64,000 nt of DNA from Octopus vulgaris (Eukaryota), in assembly GCA_951406725.2 (NCBI GenBank), contig OX597815.1:32922001-32986000 (forward strand), in the 5' to 3' direction. This document shows, piece by piece, positions 12,734 to 26,400 of this stretch. A program made the position numbers and the translations under genes. The notes beneath the pieces are model-generated. The model had not been told where the DNA came from, made no database searches, and saw nothing but the letters and a program-made list of their open reading frames with translations. The first letter of the stretch is position 1, and every line of letters begins with the position of its first letter.

Positions 12734-15700
12734 GTAAGTAAAATGCTGCATATGTTTTTAAACCCGATATATAATTTTAAGGCGATGCCCTATGTCCCAG
12801 CGTGACCCCCCCAGTTCATTTATTGCAATAAGTAAAAGAATAATAATACTGGAATTATCAGCGTATGGCTTCCTTTATTGTATCATATATAAAGTTCAAG
12901 TTTATTTTTATCTTTATTATTTATTTTTATATTTAACTGATAATCTGCTGAAGGAATCCTTATCAACAGTACCCCCGCCCGCCCGTCATCACCACTATCT
13001 TCATTCTTCTGGTTTACCTATCTAGCTGTATAAAGCATAATTTTTTATCTTTGTTTTGTTCACCTTTCACCTACATGCGCAGTACTCGATATTTCATATA
13101 AGTACACAATAGATGTGCTCACATTACTATAGGGGCACGCGCGCACTTATATGCAGAACCGGTATAACACAGTAGAGCGCAATTCTTGTATAGTATTATA
13201 TTCCTATTTTTTTTTGTTGCATCCGAAAGAAAGACTCACCCATACTGTCGTTAAAGATACGACTCGTTTCCATTTCGCCCTTCCTATTTTCAACATCCTT
13301 AGTTTCATGCTTAAAGTATTTCTTGTTTACATTTTTTCGAAGTAGCATATGTGCTAACAGAATTCGAGATGCTTTTCCGTTCCACTTTTTCATAAACCGA
13401 CTCGAATTTCTTCTATGTAAGAAGTGATAGTTTCCTTTTAAGAAAACTATCATTAATACATCGTACATCCCAACAAGAAGCTTGTACATATTAAATATCG
13501 AGCTAATGAAGGGGTCTAGAATCTGGTTAGCTCAACCTGTCTGAAATAGCAGTCAAATATCTAATTTTACAACTTGTCGTTTTAAATTAAAAAAAAAGGA
13601 TGTTAGACAGTGTAAAAAAATATTTCGATGTTTACAGCCGGAAAGGCTTTTTATTATTGTTGGTCCGATCAAGAGTTCAAGAACAACTGAACAACTAACT
13701 ACCTTAAAGAACTTGGTTAATATAAAGATCTTCACCCGTTAACTAGAAAAAAAAAGAAGCCAGCCTGCTAGGTGTTAACAACTGTGTAGAAAACGAATAT
13801 GACAAAAAATAATTGCGCAAACGAACCTGGTGTGTGGGCAGAGGACTTTCGGAAAATTCACAAGATACGATTTTTCCGTCATAACTTTCGGTAAAATGGA
13901 CATATATATATATACAAATCGCATTTTCAAAATTTCAGTCCCGCTTCAAACCTCCATCGCCCATCATTTTTCATTTTTTCCGTAATTTTTTTTTTCTCTT
14001 TTTTTTTTTTTTTGCGAAATACGCAGAAAAGTATGAAGATTACGATTCTAAAAACAACCCCCTGGCCTTCAAGCAGGCTATCCACATGCTAGAAATAACA
14101 GCCAAATTTCACAAAACTGCATTAACATAATGTAATCAACCTACTCACCTTTCTGCAAAGATTTCTTTCAGAGTAATTTCCTGCAATAATATGACAAAGT
14201 AATTGATGTGAAATTAAAGTGTTTTTTTAAAAAAAACTTTATTTAAAACTTTTTTTTCGAATTTTGTTTTCAATCAATCTACTTGGGGAAATACGGAGAT
14301 TAAGAATGTGGAAAAAAATAAACAAATTCAATTTTTAATTTCCAATTTTTTAATGAAAAACACCGAACCCAAATTAACCCCTCCCCTCCCCGCCAACCCG
14401 CTGTCTAAAAGTGAAAACGAACGGTTGTTTTGTCTAATTCACATGAATTACTTTGTTATATCACTGCGGGAAATTACTCCGAAAGAAATCTTTGTAGAAA
14501 AGTGAGTAGATTGGTTACATTATGTTATCGAAGGATTCACAATAGTTTCCAGTTTCTGACGAAAGCAGGTTTGCAAAAAACTCGGTAGATACTTTGCTTC
14601 TTCCAGATTAGGAAATGCACCCCCGCCCTTTCAAGAATGTGAAAATCATGCCAAATTTGTCTGTCTCCTTCAAATGCTTTATAATATGTTAGCATTGGTT
14701 TTTCTGAGTTCAAATCATATCTATCTAAACTTTTACTTTTCTATCAGTATAAAAAGTACTAATATATACACGGGGACAACTTTATTTGTTCCTCTCTCGT
14801 AAAAGTGATCTTCGTGCTTTATCGTGTTACCTCTTGGTATATATTTAACTAAGCTTACGAAGAACTGATTAAACTTGAAAAAAAAAAAAGATATGCCCAC
14901 ACCCTAATCGCAACGTTTAGATCAAATAAGATATTTAAAACATGCTATGTTATAATTTAGAAGACGAACGATCTGGATATGTCAATACATGAGATTCAAT
15001 CCCACTTTTCTTTGTAGAAAACTTTTACGAATGTATATGTTTGTATCATTTTCAAAATGTAGTTATATTTGAAGCACTGAGCGCAAATGACAGCTGTTGC
15101 TTATCACCAAAGTTATAATATCCGTGTCAGTTATTCAAGTTGAAACCAGGACGTTCATAGCGATAACAATTAGGCAAAGTATCTCCGACGAAGTATATAA
15201 AATGTAATTATATTAAAGAGGATTGACAGTCATGTATTTTTGAAATGCTGTTTGTGAAACTGCGTTGTTAATGATAAAAAAAAAATCGTTTCCTAATAGT
15301 TTTCGTGAATGGCGTTTCACAAAATATCACAAATGTTTGTTTAAACATCGATTATATATCGTAATATATTGCCCGAAAGATTGCCGTACTAATACTACTG
15401 AAAATATAACACGTGTGGCAAATTAAGTTATAAATAATATAACATTAAAGCCAAAATTAAATAGGAAAAACCAGTTCTCGAAAACAGCATGTACATGCAT
15501 ACAATATATATTAGTCATTCTCCGACTGTCACAGATTAATTCAAGACAGTTTATTTATTGTGCTTTATAATTCATTCTAAGGTCCATATGTTTAAAGAGA
15601 ATCTCTATGGTTTCGTCAGTGCTGATTGTTAAAAACAGCAGTGTTTCTCAGGTTTAATCTCACATATGTTAGCGATATAGTTATTTCTCAGTGGTTGTTT

Positions 15701-17427
15701 GTATGTCTTCTTTTGTCATGCTTTGCTCCACTCCACTCAGCTCTATTGTGTTAATACGAATAAATAAGGTTATTAGTCATATCACTTTAAGGTGGGGCGC
15801 GAATAGGTTTTGAAAGCCATTTCTTGGGCACAAGCATGGCTATGTTGTTGAGAAGCTTGCATCCCAGTCTTGTAGTTCTGGATTCGATCTCACTCCACAG
15901 CACTTTGGAAAGTTTCTTCTATTATAGTTCTGTGCCAGCCAAAATCTCGTGAGTGTATTTGATAGGCGGAAACATACATATATATGGGTGTGTGTTGTTA
16001 GTTTGCAGTATTCTGTGAAAAGCATGTCTAACTTAGGGGATATAATACTTTGTTTGGAAACTTGTGGGGGCTGGTGACAGGAGAGATATTCCACCTGGGA
16101 AAGCTGCTTGAATAAATTCTAATCGACCCATATAAGCATGGAAAAGTTAATGATGATTTCTTGCTGCTTTTAGATTTTTGTGGGAGGGTATGTGTTCCAC
16201 AACTTCCCATAAGTCTTTATTGGAGAAACAAAATTAATTGTGTCATGTTTTATCTTTCAGCGTTCTGCTGAACATATTGAACTCACGGAGCAACTTTGTA
16301 AAACCCTCTATTATGGTAACGGCGCTTCAACAGATTACCCCTCATTACCCCTCACAGGTAAGTTGGTAAACAAATTAGTTATTTGAATTCATCAGATGTT
16401 AATTTGATTAATTTTTATTTCTGCTGGTTGTTTTGACAATAAATGATTAAAATACTGGTTCCCAGTCTCATTGGCATCAATAACATTACTTTCAACACTA
16501 GGACCTAGAAGACCATCTCAGTGGCAGCTTGAATCACTTCAAATCACTTTGAATCACTTCAAATATATAGCTAATATATTTCCTATTCCTAACTTTCAAT
16601 TTTTTCTCTTTCCATCTTTCTTCCTTTTTGTTCAGTGGTGCTTTGATGCCATAAGAATAGAAGCCACTATATATATATATCACTGTGATCGACCAGGCTA
16701 TCAGATGTTTCTACACAATGCGCTTTGCATTGTTTTAGCCTTCAAATGACGCCACCCTGCTGGCTAAATGAGCAGGCCAACAGAAGAAAAAGTGAGAGAG
16801 AGTTGTGGTGAAAGAGTACAGCAGGGATCGCCACCACCCCCTGCCAGAGCCTCGTGGAGCTTTAGGTGTTTTCGCTCAATAAACACTCACAACACCCGGT
16901 CTGGGAATCAAAACCACGATTCTACAACCGCAAGTCCGCTGCCCTAACCACTGGGCCATTGCGCCTCCACATATATGTGTGCGTGTGTGTGTGTGTGTAT
17001 TGAAGTCTGAGAAGAGTCATTATTTGGTCTTGACTCAGTTGGCTTTATTAGGTAGATAAGTTATACTAGTCACAGTTGAATTATTGTCAACATATCTAGT
17101 TCATGTGACTATCTAAATTTAAGATGTTAACAATGGATTTCTTTTATTCATTGACCTGAATCTCCATTTTCTGTCTCTCTGATAGGCCTAGAATTGAAGT
17201 ATTATGTTTTTTATGGAGCATGTCTTTAACTTAGTTTTGCTTTGTAGTTGAAGGTTAAAACCTTAAGAAAGGCATAACAGTTGCATCATTATATGTATTT
17301 TTTTTTTTTACTTTTGCATACAAACATGAGCTGCATAAGCAATGTAGCATAACTTCATTTTTTGTTAATGAGCTGTAGGTTCATCTGTACAGATCAAAGT
17401 TCTTACACACACACAGAGTTAAACTTA

Positions 17428-17470
<43 letters not shown>

Positions 17471-20400
17471 TATACGACGAGATTCTTTCAGTTTTCATCA
17501 ACCAAATCCACTCACAAGGCTTTGGTTAGCCCAAAGACACTTGCCCAAGGTGCCATGCAGTGGAACTGAACCCTGAACCGTGTAGTTGGGAAGTAAGCTT
17601 CTTAAGTCTTTCTCATTCTACCTGTACCATCTACTGTTAATTCCCACCATTTTCATTCTAATTATCCCAGTAGGTAAAATACCAGCCATATTGCCTTCTA
17701 ATCATGCCCTAGCATATTAAAGAATAGAAGGGCATATTGGATAAAGTTGTCCTACAATATCTGAAAAAAGATGAGTTAACTATGTTTAGAATACCTTTGA
17801 ACTGATTTGGGTTAAGGCAACAACACCACACACTGTCCAATGTCTTTGAAACCTCGCTGCTTTTTCTATATTTCCCCTCTTGTACTAGTGATTTCTGGTG
17901 ACAGCAGACTCTAAGCTCAGCACACAACACTAATTGTTGGAGTGTTTAATAGATTAAAGATAGCTTTTCTTAATGAGAGGAATTGAACTTAAGCTGTACA
18001 ATCTAATATCTTAAAGTATTACTACAACTTATAACAGTGAACTATGCTATTTGAAGTGTCTTGACCAAAGAGCAAGTGTAGCACTGAAATTCAGATCTTT
18101 CAGTTTAACGTTTGATATCCCATATATTTTGCCTTTTGCACTGTCACTTGCTTTGTGAACTCTTAAAAATTCTAATAGACTATATTCAGCTTTTGCAGAG
18201 CTTTCACAATTATTGCCCAGGTTTCACTACTTTATACCCTACTTCTTATACTTGTCTGAAACAATTTGCTCTTTCTGCAAAAGTGATCATGATTCTGGCC
18301 TGTTACCTCTTCATTTTTGTAATAGATGACAATAACTCTATGACCGTTATGATACATATGTATATTTGTATCTATCTATGTATGTACATACATACATGTA
18401 GCTAGGATCCTGTATAATGAGACCTGTTGGAAGGATAACCCTGAAGCCAAAGATGTAAGAACCCATAGTATGGCAGAGGCCATAGACACTCATAATAAGG
18501 AGTATTGCTGGGGTGTCCCAGTGAAAATCTTGATAAACTGTAAACATAATAAACCTGACATAGTGATTTGGAACAGAAAAGAGAAACTCTGTACAGTAGT
18601 AGAAATTAGCTGCCTTGTGGATGTTACATAAAGTCAATGATCAGTGAAAAAGAAAATACCTACACTGAACTATTGAAAAATCTACAGTTACTCTAACCAT
18701 GATTACAAGTTCAGGTTTATACCTGTAATTATTGGGGCACTGGGATATGTAATATATTGCCTAAGTACCAATCTTGAGAAATTAAGCTTCTTAAAAGCCG
18801 GAAATAAAGTTTATTCAAAGACTACAGATCCAAACCATAACAGGAACCATAAAAAATTTGCAAAACTTTCCAGAAGTTTATCATTTGAGTATATATGCAC
18901 ATGTCTAGACATGCAATTATATGCGTAAGAATATAATCATAAAACAAAACATACAAATTTGCACACACACTGACTCCAAATATTGCACATGTACCTACAT
19001 ACATGCAAAAATACCCTGTTGATGTTGAAATTTCAATGAAGGATTTTTGGATCTAGGTTAGAAACAGGTTCTTTCTCTATTGGCAAGAAATTTTGAAATA
19101 AAACTGAAAAAAGACATATGTATATACTATGTTAAGTTGTTGGCATTAGGAAGGGCATCCAGATGTAGAAACCATGCCTAAGCAGACATAGAACTTGGCA
19201 GAACCCTCTTGCTCGTGTGTTCTTGTCAAGCCATCCAACCCAATGCCAACATAGAAAAAGGGAAGTTAAATGATGATGATGATGATGGTATATATACCTG
19301 TACAATCTAATTTACTAACATAAACCCATCCCTGATGTTCAGTATTTCAGCAACTGTCCCTGAAGACAGCTTTTCCCTGTTTTTATATTTATAATCACTT
19401 TGTTCATCGTCATAATCCTTTTTACAGCTGACCTCTGTCTTGTTCGGGTTAGGCTACTCTGATCTATTTATATCATGTTCAACAAGCACACACTTTCCTG
19501 CTCATTTCATTTCCTTATCAACAAATGCAAGGTCATCTGTTGTGCATGTACTTATTCCAATGTTATTCTGATTCATTAAAAATAATCATCTCTTATTTTA
19601 TTTGCATTAAGAAATTCTCTCCATTGCTATCTCTAAGCCAGACAGACTTTATCTTGCTTCTTGTCTAATTAAATGCTATTGTACTTTGCTAGTAACTTCA
19701 TATATTTCACTAGTTTGACATAATATGACTATCATTAGTTAATATTGAATATTTTCTCTTTTGTTTTTCCTTTCCAGAAATTGCTGTCAAATTCTTTCAA
19801 GATGCTGCTCCACGTTCTCTTGGGAAAGTGGATATGTTTCTGGCTTCTTCAATGACAAAGTGAGTCTGTTTTTGAATTTTGACACCAGAGTAGATATTTT
19901 GGATGACAAAATGCAGTCAATTGAAGTGACTGTATATGTTAGTGGTACCTATTTTATGTCTCCTAGAGGGATAAGTTGTATAGTTAACCCCTGCAACCAT
20001 GAGGTTGGGAAGCTAACTTCTCAATTACACAGCCATGCCTGCACTTGTCTGTAGTTGTAATTGTAGAAGGTATTGGTATTTCAAAAAGACAACTACTGAT
20101 GTACTCTTGTAATAGATGTATATGTCTTAATGATGGTTGTTATTTGTTTTTTTTTAACTTTTACCTCTTGAATTGCATACTAAATAAATATGAATGAAAA
20201 TTTGTCCTTAAATTTTTTCCTAATTGTTTTTTTTGATAAAATTCAAGTAAAAAACTAACTAGTTTTATAGTTTGTAAGCAGTTGGAGTCCTTTAAAATAA
20301 TGTTTGATGTATTTGGTGAGGATTTGATACAACGTATATCAAACTTTCTTCCTATTAGTTGCATTATATTGAATGAGAAGCCTGTTTTCTTATTCTTAGA

Positions 20401-23400
20401 CGTGCTCCTATGCCACCATGTTCTGTGATGCTTGGTATGCTCTATGTGAAACGACTCAAAGAGAGAAACCCTGAATATTTGATGCAAATTTCCTCCGCTG
20501 AACTATTTTTGATTTCGATGGTAAGAAATGTGTTTCTTATTTTTTACTTATCATCTCAAGATAAAAAAAAACAAACTATTCTCCTCTAAGTAGAGCTGGG
20601 TTTATTTTATGAAGGTAGGAATATGTTTTTTCTCTGTAGAATATATAATATTTTTCTGTTTCTAATAATTAATTTCATCTATTTAAATATAAATTCTTTG
20701 CATATATCTGTTTCCTAAAAATTTCAAGCTTCATCCTTATGCAGGAATCTAGTGGTTGTGTTGCTCTGGTCAGTACTTAGCAAACAGATATATAGAACAT
20801 AGTCAAATGACTAGGTCCCACTCTAATATGCTGTGGTTTATTGTATTGGGTAGGTTGGTATTATAAGGGTTTGTCATGGGTAGCATTTCACTGCTTCGTC
20901 AATGTCTCTGGTAGTTAATGTAATGGATGAAAATATGTTTCTTTGCTGTGTGAAGAAGTGACTGAACAACACGTGTGAACATTTAACAGAAGAATTTGTT
21001 GATGCACGTAAAGATAAACTGCGTTGACTAGTTACAGTTAGTAACAGCAATAATTATAGACTGCGAGAGAAGAAAAAACCTCATCAAATTCGCAGAAGTT
21101 ACTTTTGAGACATTGTGTGAATGTCTGTCCAAGAACCTGAAGTTTGTCTGCACAAATGTCTGGAATTGTTTGATGTAGCAAGAATGGAGACACATAATGC
21201 TCAGCTGCCTCAAAATTCTGCAAATAGTTTAGGTGCTAAAAACGGTCTTTTATAGGCAATATGGCAGAGTTGCCCTCTCTGTTTTTGTATACTTGTAGGT
21301 TCTCGTACCTACTCTGCTGTTTTGAAAAAGGAAAAATAATTATATTAGCTGCCAGACGAGATGGTGAAGATGCCGACGACCGCTTTGTTCAAAGTCACCC
21401 TTGACCTCAAGTGGCCTGAACTCTTTACATAAACACCACTCTGTACTTAACTCCATGTCCCCCTACATGGCCTTGCTTTTTGCTTTTGAGCCAAAAAATT
21501 AACTAACTAACTAACTAGTCACTAATATAAGAAACTTATATAATTAGGAAGTGGTTGAATATTTGCAAGTAGTAATGAGTTAGGCTGGATACTTCCACTA
21601 CTTCACTGTTCTTGGATCAGTTCCAATTTTTCATCTCTCAGTATTATAATGATATTCAATAAATTTGTTGTGTACAAAATTAACTTTCCATCTAGTCAAA
21701 AGGAATCATTATCATCAATTTGTTAATTGTTTTCTTTTCTTTAGATGATGGCTTCCAAATACTTGTATGATGAAGGACTTAATGAAGAAGTTTTTAACGA
21801 AGAATGGGCAGTTCTTGGCATGATGGAAACTGCTGAAATGAACCAACTGGAACAACATTTTCTAGCTGCTATTGTAAGTTCCTTTGTGTATATTATTGGG
21901 AGGAAAACAAAAGTAATTAAAACACAAGATTTGTAGAATGAATGCACAATAGTGGGTGGTTGTTGAAAGACACACTTATACTTTAGTCTCTCAACATTTG
22001 TCATAAAAACACCTCCCCCTCTCAATTACTCCTCTTCTCCCCTTAGTCAAAAGAGATTTTTCCTGTCTTGCAAGTTGCTTGGTGATGTCATTAGTGCTAG
22101 TGACACACACAAAAAAAACACCCTAGTACACAGTAATTTTTTTAGCATTAGGAAGTGCATCCAGCTATAGAGACCTTGCCAAAGCTGACATTGGAGCTCA
22201 CTGGATCCTATCAAACTGTCTAACCCATGCCAGTATGAAAAATAGACATTAAATGATGATGAACACTGAATTGAGTAATATTTGCATTGTTTATGACCTT
22301 AGCAGAATTGCTCGTTCAAAATTTGATTGTTTATCAATAGACTAAGCACAGTAAATTCACAGCCATTAAGTTTGAGAGTAGGAAGTAAAATAAAAATGAA
22401 ATATAATGACATCATCATCATCGTTTAGCGTTCGCTTTCCATACTAGCATGGGTTGGACGGTTCATCTGGGGTCTGGGAAGCCAGAAGGCTGCAACAGGA
22501 CCAGTCTGATCTGGCAGTGTTTTCATGTGCTGAGGTATCAATCTTGCTTCTTTGAGTCCTACCACTTCAACCCCCAACCACAACACTTTTTTATTTCCTT
22601 TACTCTAAAAGCTAATTGCATTTCTCTTATTAAAAAATGTGTTGATTTCACCTAATTAGCTGGTATCAATTGATGAACTATAATATATAATTATATAATT
22701 ATAGGTTGTCTTTTGTATTTCCTGTATATTTCTGGTCCAATAAAAGAACAGCAACAATCAATGACAATAGTCTATCTGATGTGGTTGATGCTAAATATTC
22801 CATATTAGATTTGCTAAATTGGGGCTATGGCACAGAAATGTAGCTGATTGATTACTTAGGTGAATACCTTTAAATTATACAAATTTAATCCCTCTGTTAA
22901 CGTATTTCTGTTGAAATATGTTTTTGTTTTAATTCATTTTTTAATTAATAAAGAAGTTTGAAAAATAGCTTTGTCATTAATTAAGATGGTACCTCAAGCA
23001 TAAACCCTCCTGCTACATTGATGAAAAGCTTTCATTTAGATAAATTTAAAATGTGAATTTGCATCATAAACCTGGGGGTGGTCTCGAGTATGTTGATATT
23101 ATCAAGGTTTGCCCCGGGTAGTATTTTGCTGTTTCATCAATGTCACTATAGTAGTTGGTTGAAGTAACTGAACAATACCCACAAACATTTTAACAAAAGA
23201 ATTTATTGTCAGGTGCATTGCTGTACTGAAGGAGACCCGTCCTCCATAGCAGAAGTGTTAATGCTGCTCCCTTGCAGATTAGGATTGGCCAGGGCAAGGA
23301 CCCTGTGCTGGTGCCATGTAAAAAGTACCCTTGCCACCACTATGTCATAGATACCAAACCAAATCAGACTGGAACCTGGTTCAGCTCTCTGGCTTGCCAG

Positions 23401-26400
23401 TCCTGTCAAACCATCCAAACCATGTCAGCATGGGAAACGGATGTCAAAGGACAAGGAAGATGATGATGATGAAAGACAAACTGTGTTGACCATTTACAGT
23501 TAACAACAACAATAATTATAGACTGAGACAGAGGGAAAAATCACACCACATTTGCAGAAGTTACTTATGAGTCATTGTGTGAATGTCTGTCCCAGAACCT
23601 GGAGATACATGTTGCTCGACTGCCTCAACATTCTGCAAAGGGTTTAGGCGCTGAAAGTAGTCTTTTATAGGATACAAGGCAGAGATTCCAGAAGGTTGAA
23701 TCATGCCATAGCTTGACACTGATTGGCTACTTAATAGACCAATCACATGAAACAATTGTGGCTCAGTTGTGATGTCTGGCCAGTTATCTAGTGATTCAGT
23801 TTTGGATCCTGGCTACAGCTTAATGTGTTTGATAAGTCAATTTATCAGTTTGAGTGCACGTTCACTAAGTTAGTGGTGTTATATTACCTTTATTGCAAAA
23901 TTTGCTCTGCAAAAATTTAAGATGTAAAACTGATTCCTCATTTTAAAGACAATAGCATATTGGTGTTTGACTTTGACTAGACCTATAATTTAAAGAATTC
24001 CAGCTGTGACTGTGTTGATTTTTACTCACTGTATCCAAGACTTCCTTTTTTAAAGATGGTAAGGTATGATTTGAATGAGATTTGATTGCTTTTTCTAGTA
24101 TCTTATCATTCCCTTGAATGCTATTGAAAATGAAATAAAAGTGAATGACAGTAGATAGTTGTTGGAATTGCTGAGAGTCACATATTTTTAAAGTTGGTAC
24201 AATCGAAATTACCTCTTAATATTTTGTAACTCTTGTTGTATTACAGGATTGGAGACTAATGGTGAAGAAAGAAGAGTTCAATTTACTATTGTATTCAGTC
24301 GAGAAAAAGTATGTATTTTTTCTGTCTTACTTTTCATTTTTGCTAAATTTCCCCTATGTTGCTTCCCTTGTGATTCAAAGCTAGTGGATGGACAAAGCAG
24401 AACATTTAACTGACATTTGTATGTCATCTTGTCTTGAATGTGAAACATGTTAATGTTTAGGATTTCAAAAACTGTGGTCCCCATCTGTAAGACTAGGGAG
24501 TTTTTATCATATATGGTTCTAATGCCTTAGGGATTTTGTTGAATGAGAATACTTGGTAGTGTTAGAATACGACCGTACGTGAGGAGTTTGGTGACATATT
24601 TCTCCTCTTGTACAGTGCACGGCCGCATCCCAACATAACATAATGTTATATAAGCCATAAGACATGTTTATATACAGTGCCAAAGTAAATGAATAAAGGA
24701 CGCCAAAAACTGTTCTACTTTTATAAAGAGAAGATAGATTTTATTCACAGTGTACAAAGTGATTTGTGATTATTAGCGTAGTGTTGTCATGAATGCATGC
24801 TTATAATATTTGTGTCTGTGTGTTCGTGTGTGCGACAGAAGTACAGAATAAGGTGTATGCGAATACAACAGAGCATAAGAGGTCTCACCAATTTGAGTTA
24901 AAATGGAGTTATTTTAGAGTTATTTTACCAGTTCATGTAGTACACGATAATGAGTTCTATAACAAGATTTGAGTCTCGAAGCGGAGATTAGTTGACTCAC
25001 TTGTGCATATTTTTCTCTTGATATAGATATTCTTTTAGATATATATACTGCAACTGTTTTTCCGTGGTGAGATTTTCACACTAACAGCATGAGTTGAATC
25101 TGTATTTATCTTGTTGTGTACAAGTTGAAATCTTCGTACATAGAGACGATGTTGGTGATGACGTTCTGTCTTTCGCTGGTTTACAATAGCGTCTTCATAG
25201 TATGGTTGGCTTGGCTGTCGTCTGCCTTTCAAACTGGAACATGGTTGAGTAAGCTCTGTGTGGTCTCCGACCAAGACCTTAAAAGGTCTTAAGCCGAAAG
25301 ATGGTGAATCATCAAATAATCAGCCTATTTATGGAGTTAAGATGGCTCCAATGAAAGGTCCTATCCGAAAGCCATGATGGGTCAGTTTACACACTGGCGC
25401 GAAATAAGTAGAGAGACAGACTGTGCTTAGATGCTAACCAATCAGATCAGTGGACACAACAAGGTTAAACTAGCCAAAGATGTTTGTAATCTCAAACGAG
25501 ATCATTCCTAATGTTTTTCTCAAACAGTGAAGATAGTAATATTGCTACAGTAGCTTCCTAGTCTTGTGACAATAGAATTGGTACAGATACAAAGGTGGTG
25601 AAGTAGAGCAGGTTCATGCTGTAGCTGAACTACATTGTTACTGATACTTAGAGGAGAGAGTGTGAATAATTCAGTTGTAGCTGCAAAGAGATAAATAGTG
25701 GTGATGAGGTATTCAAGCAGCATCTTAGAGTTTAAGGTGAATAGAAATGAGTAAGGACAGAGAAACCAGGAGTGTGAGTGGGTGGGTGTGTATGAGGGGT
25801 GCAAGAGGTAAGGAAATGGGAAAGAGTTAGGTAACATCTATAAAAATCGGGTCAGTTTGATGGGTGGATATAGGTAACAATGGATGAGTTTGGGGAGGTG
25901 GGGATAGGGTGTGTAAGAAGCAAACAGGTTATCAGCAGGAGGATGAAAGTGAAAATGCAATTGATAGTGAGGAGAACCAGAGGGATGACATGTGGTTGGG
26001 TAGCCTGTATGAGGAGAGATGATTTAATCAATGTAATGTGTGAGTGTGGGGAACAATATTAACATGTGAAATGGTTCAAGGTTGCAATGAGAGAAAGAAA
26101 AAAGTGGTTATCAAGAAGGAAGGAGAAATGGTAGTAGGGTGATATGTCGAGGAGACTGGACAAGGTGCCCATTTTGTGCACACACATACACACACAGTGC
26201 TTCCAGAGGTCTGTTTTGTTGTGATAGATGAGTTTTCTTCCTCTCTGAGAACCACATGCCGCTAGAAATTCTGGTCCTTTGTCATCTCTTCTGTGAGGTT
26301 TAGTGTCCTCAACTTAGCTTCCAACTACTTTGTCCTATTCAAAATAATGTCAAATTGTTGGGGCTGACTTTTAACTCTTTCATTGTAATCCACTTCAGTT

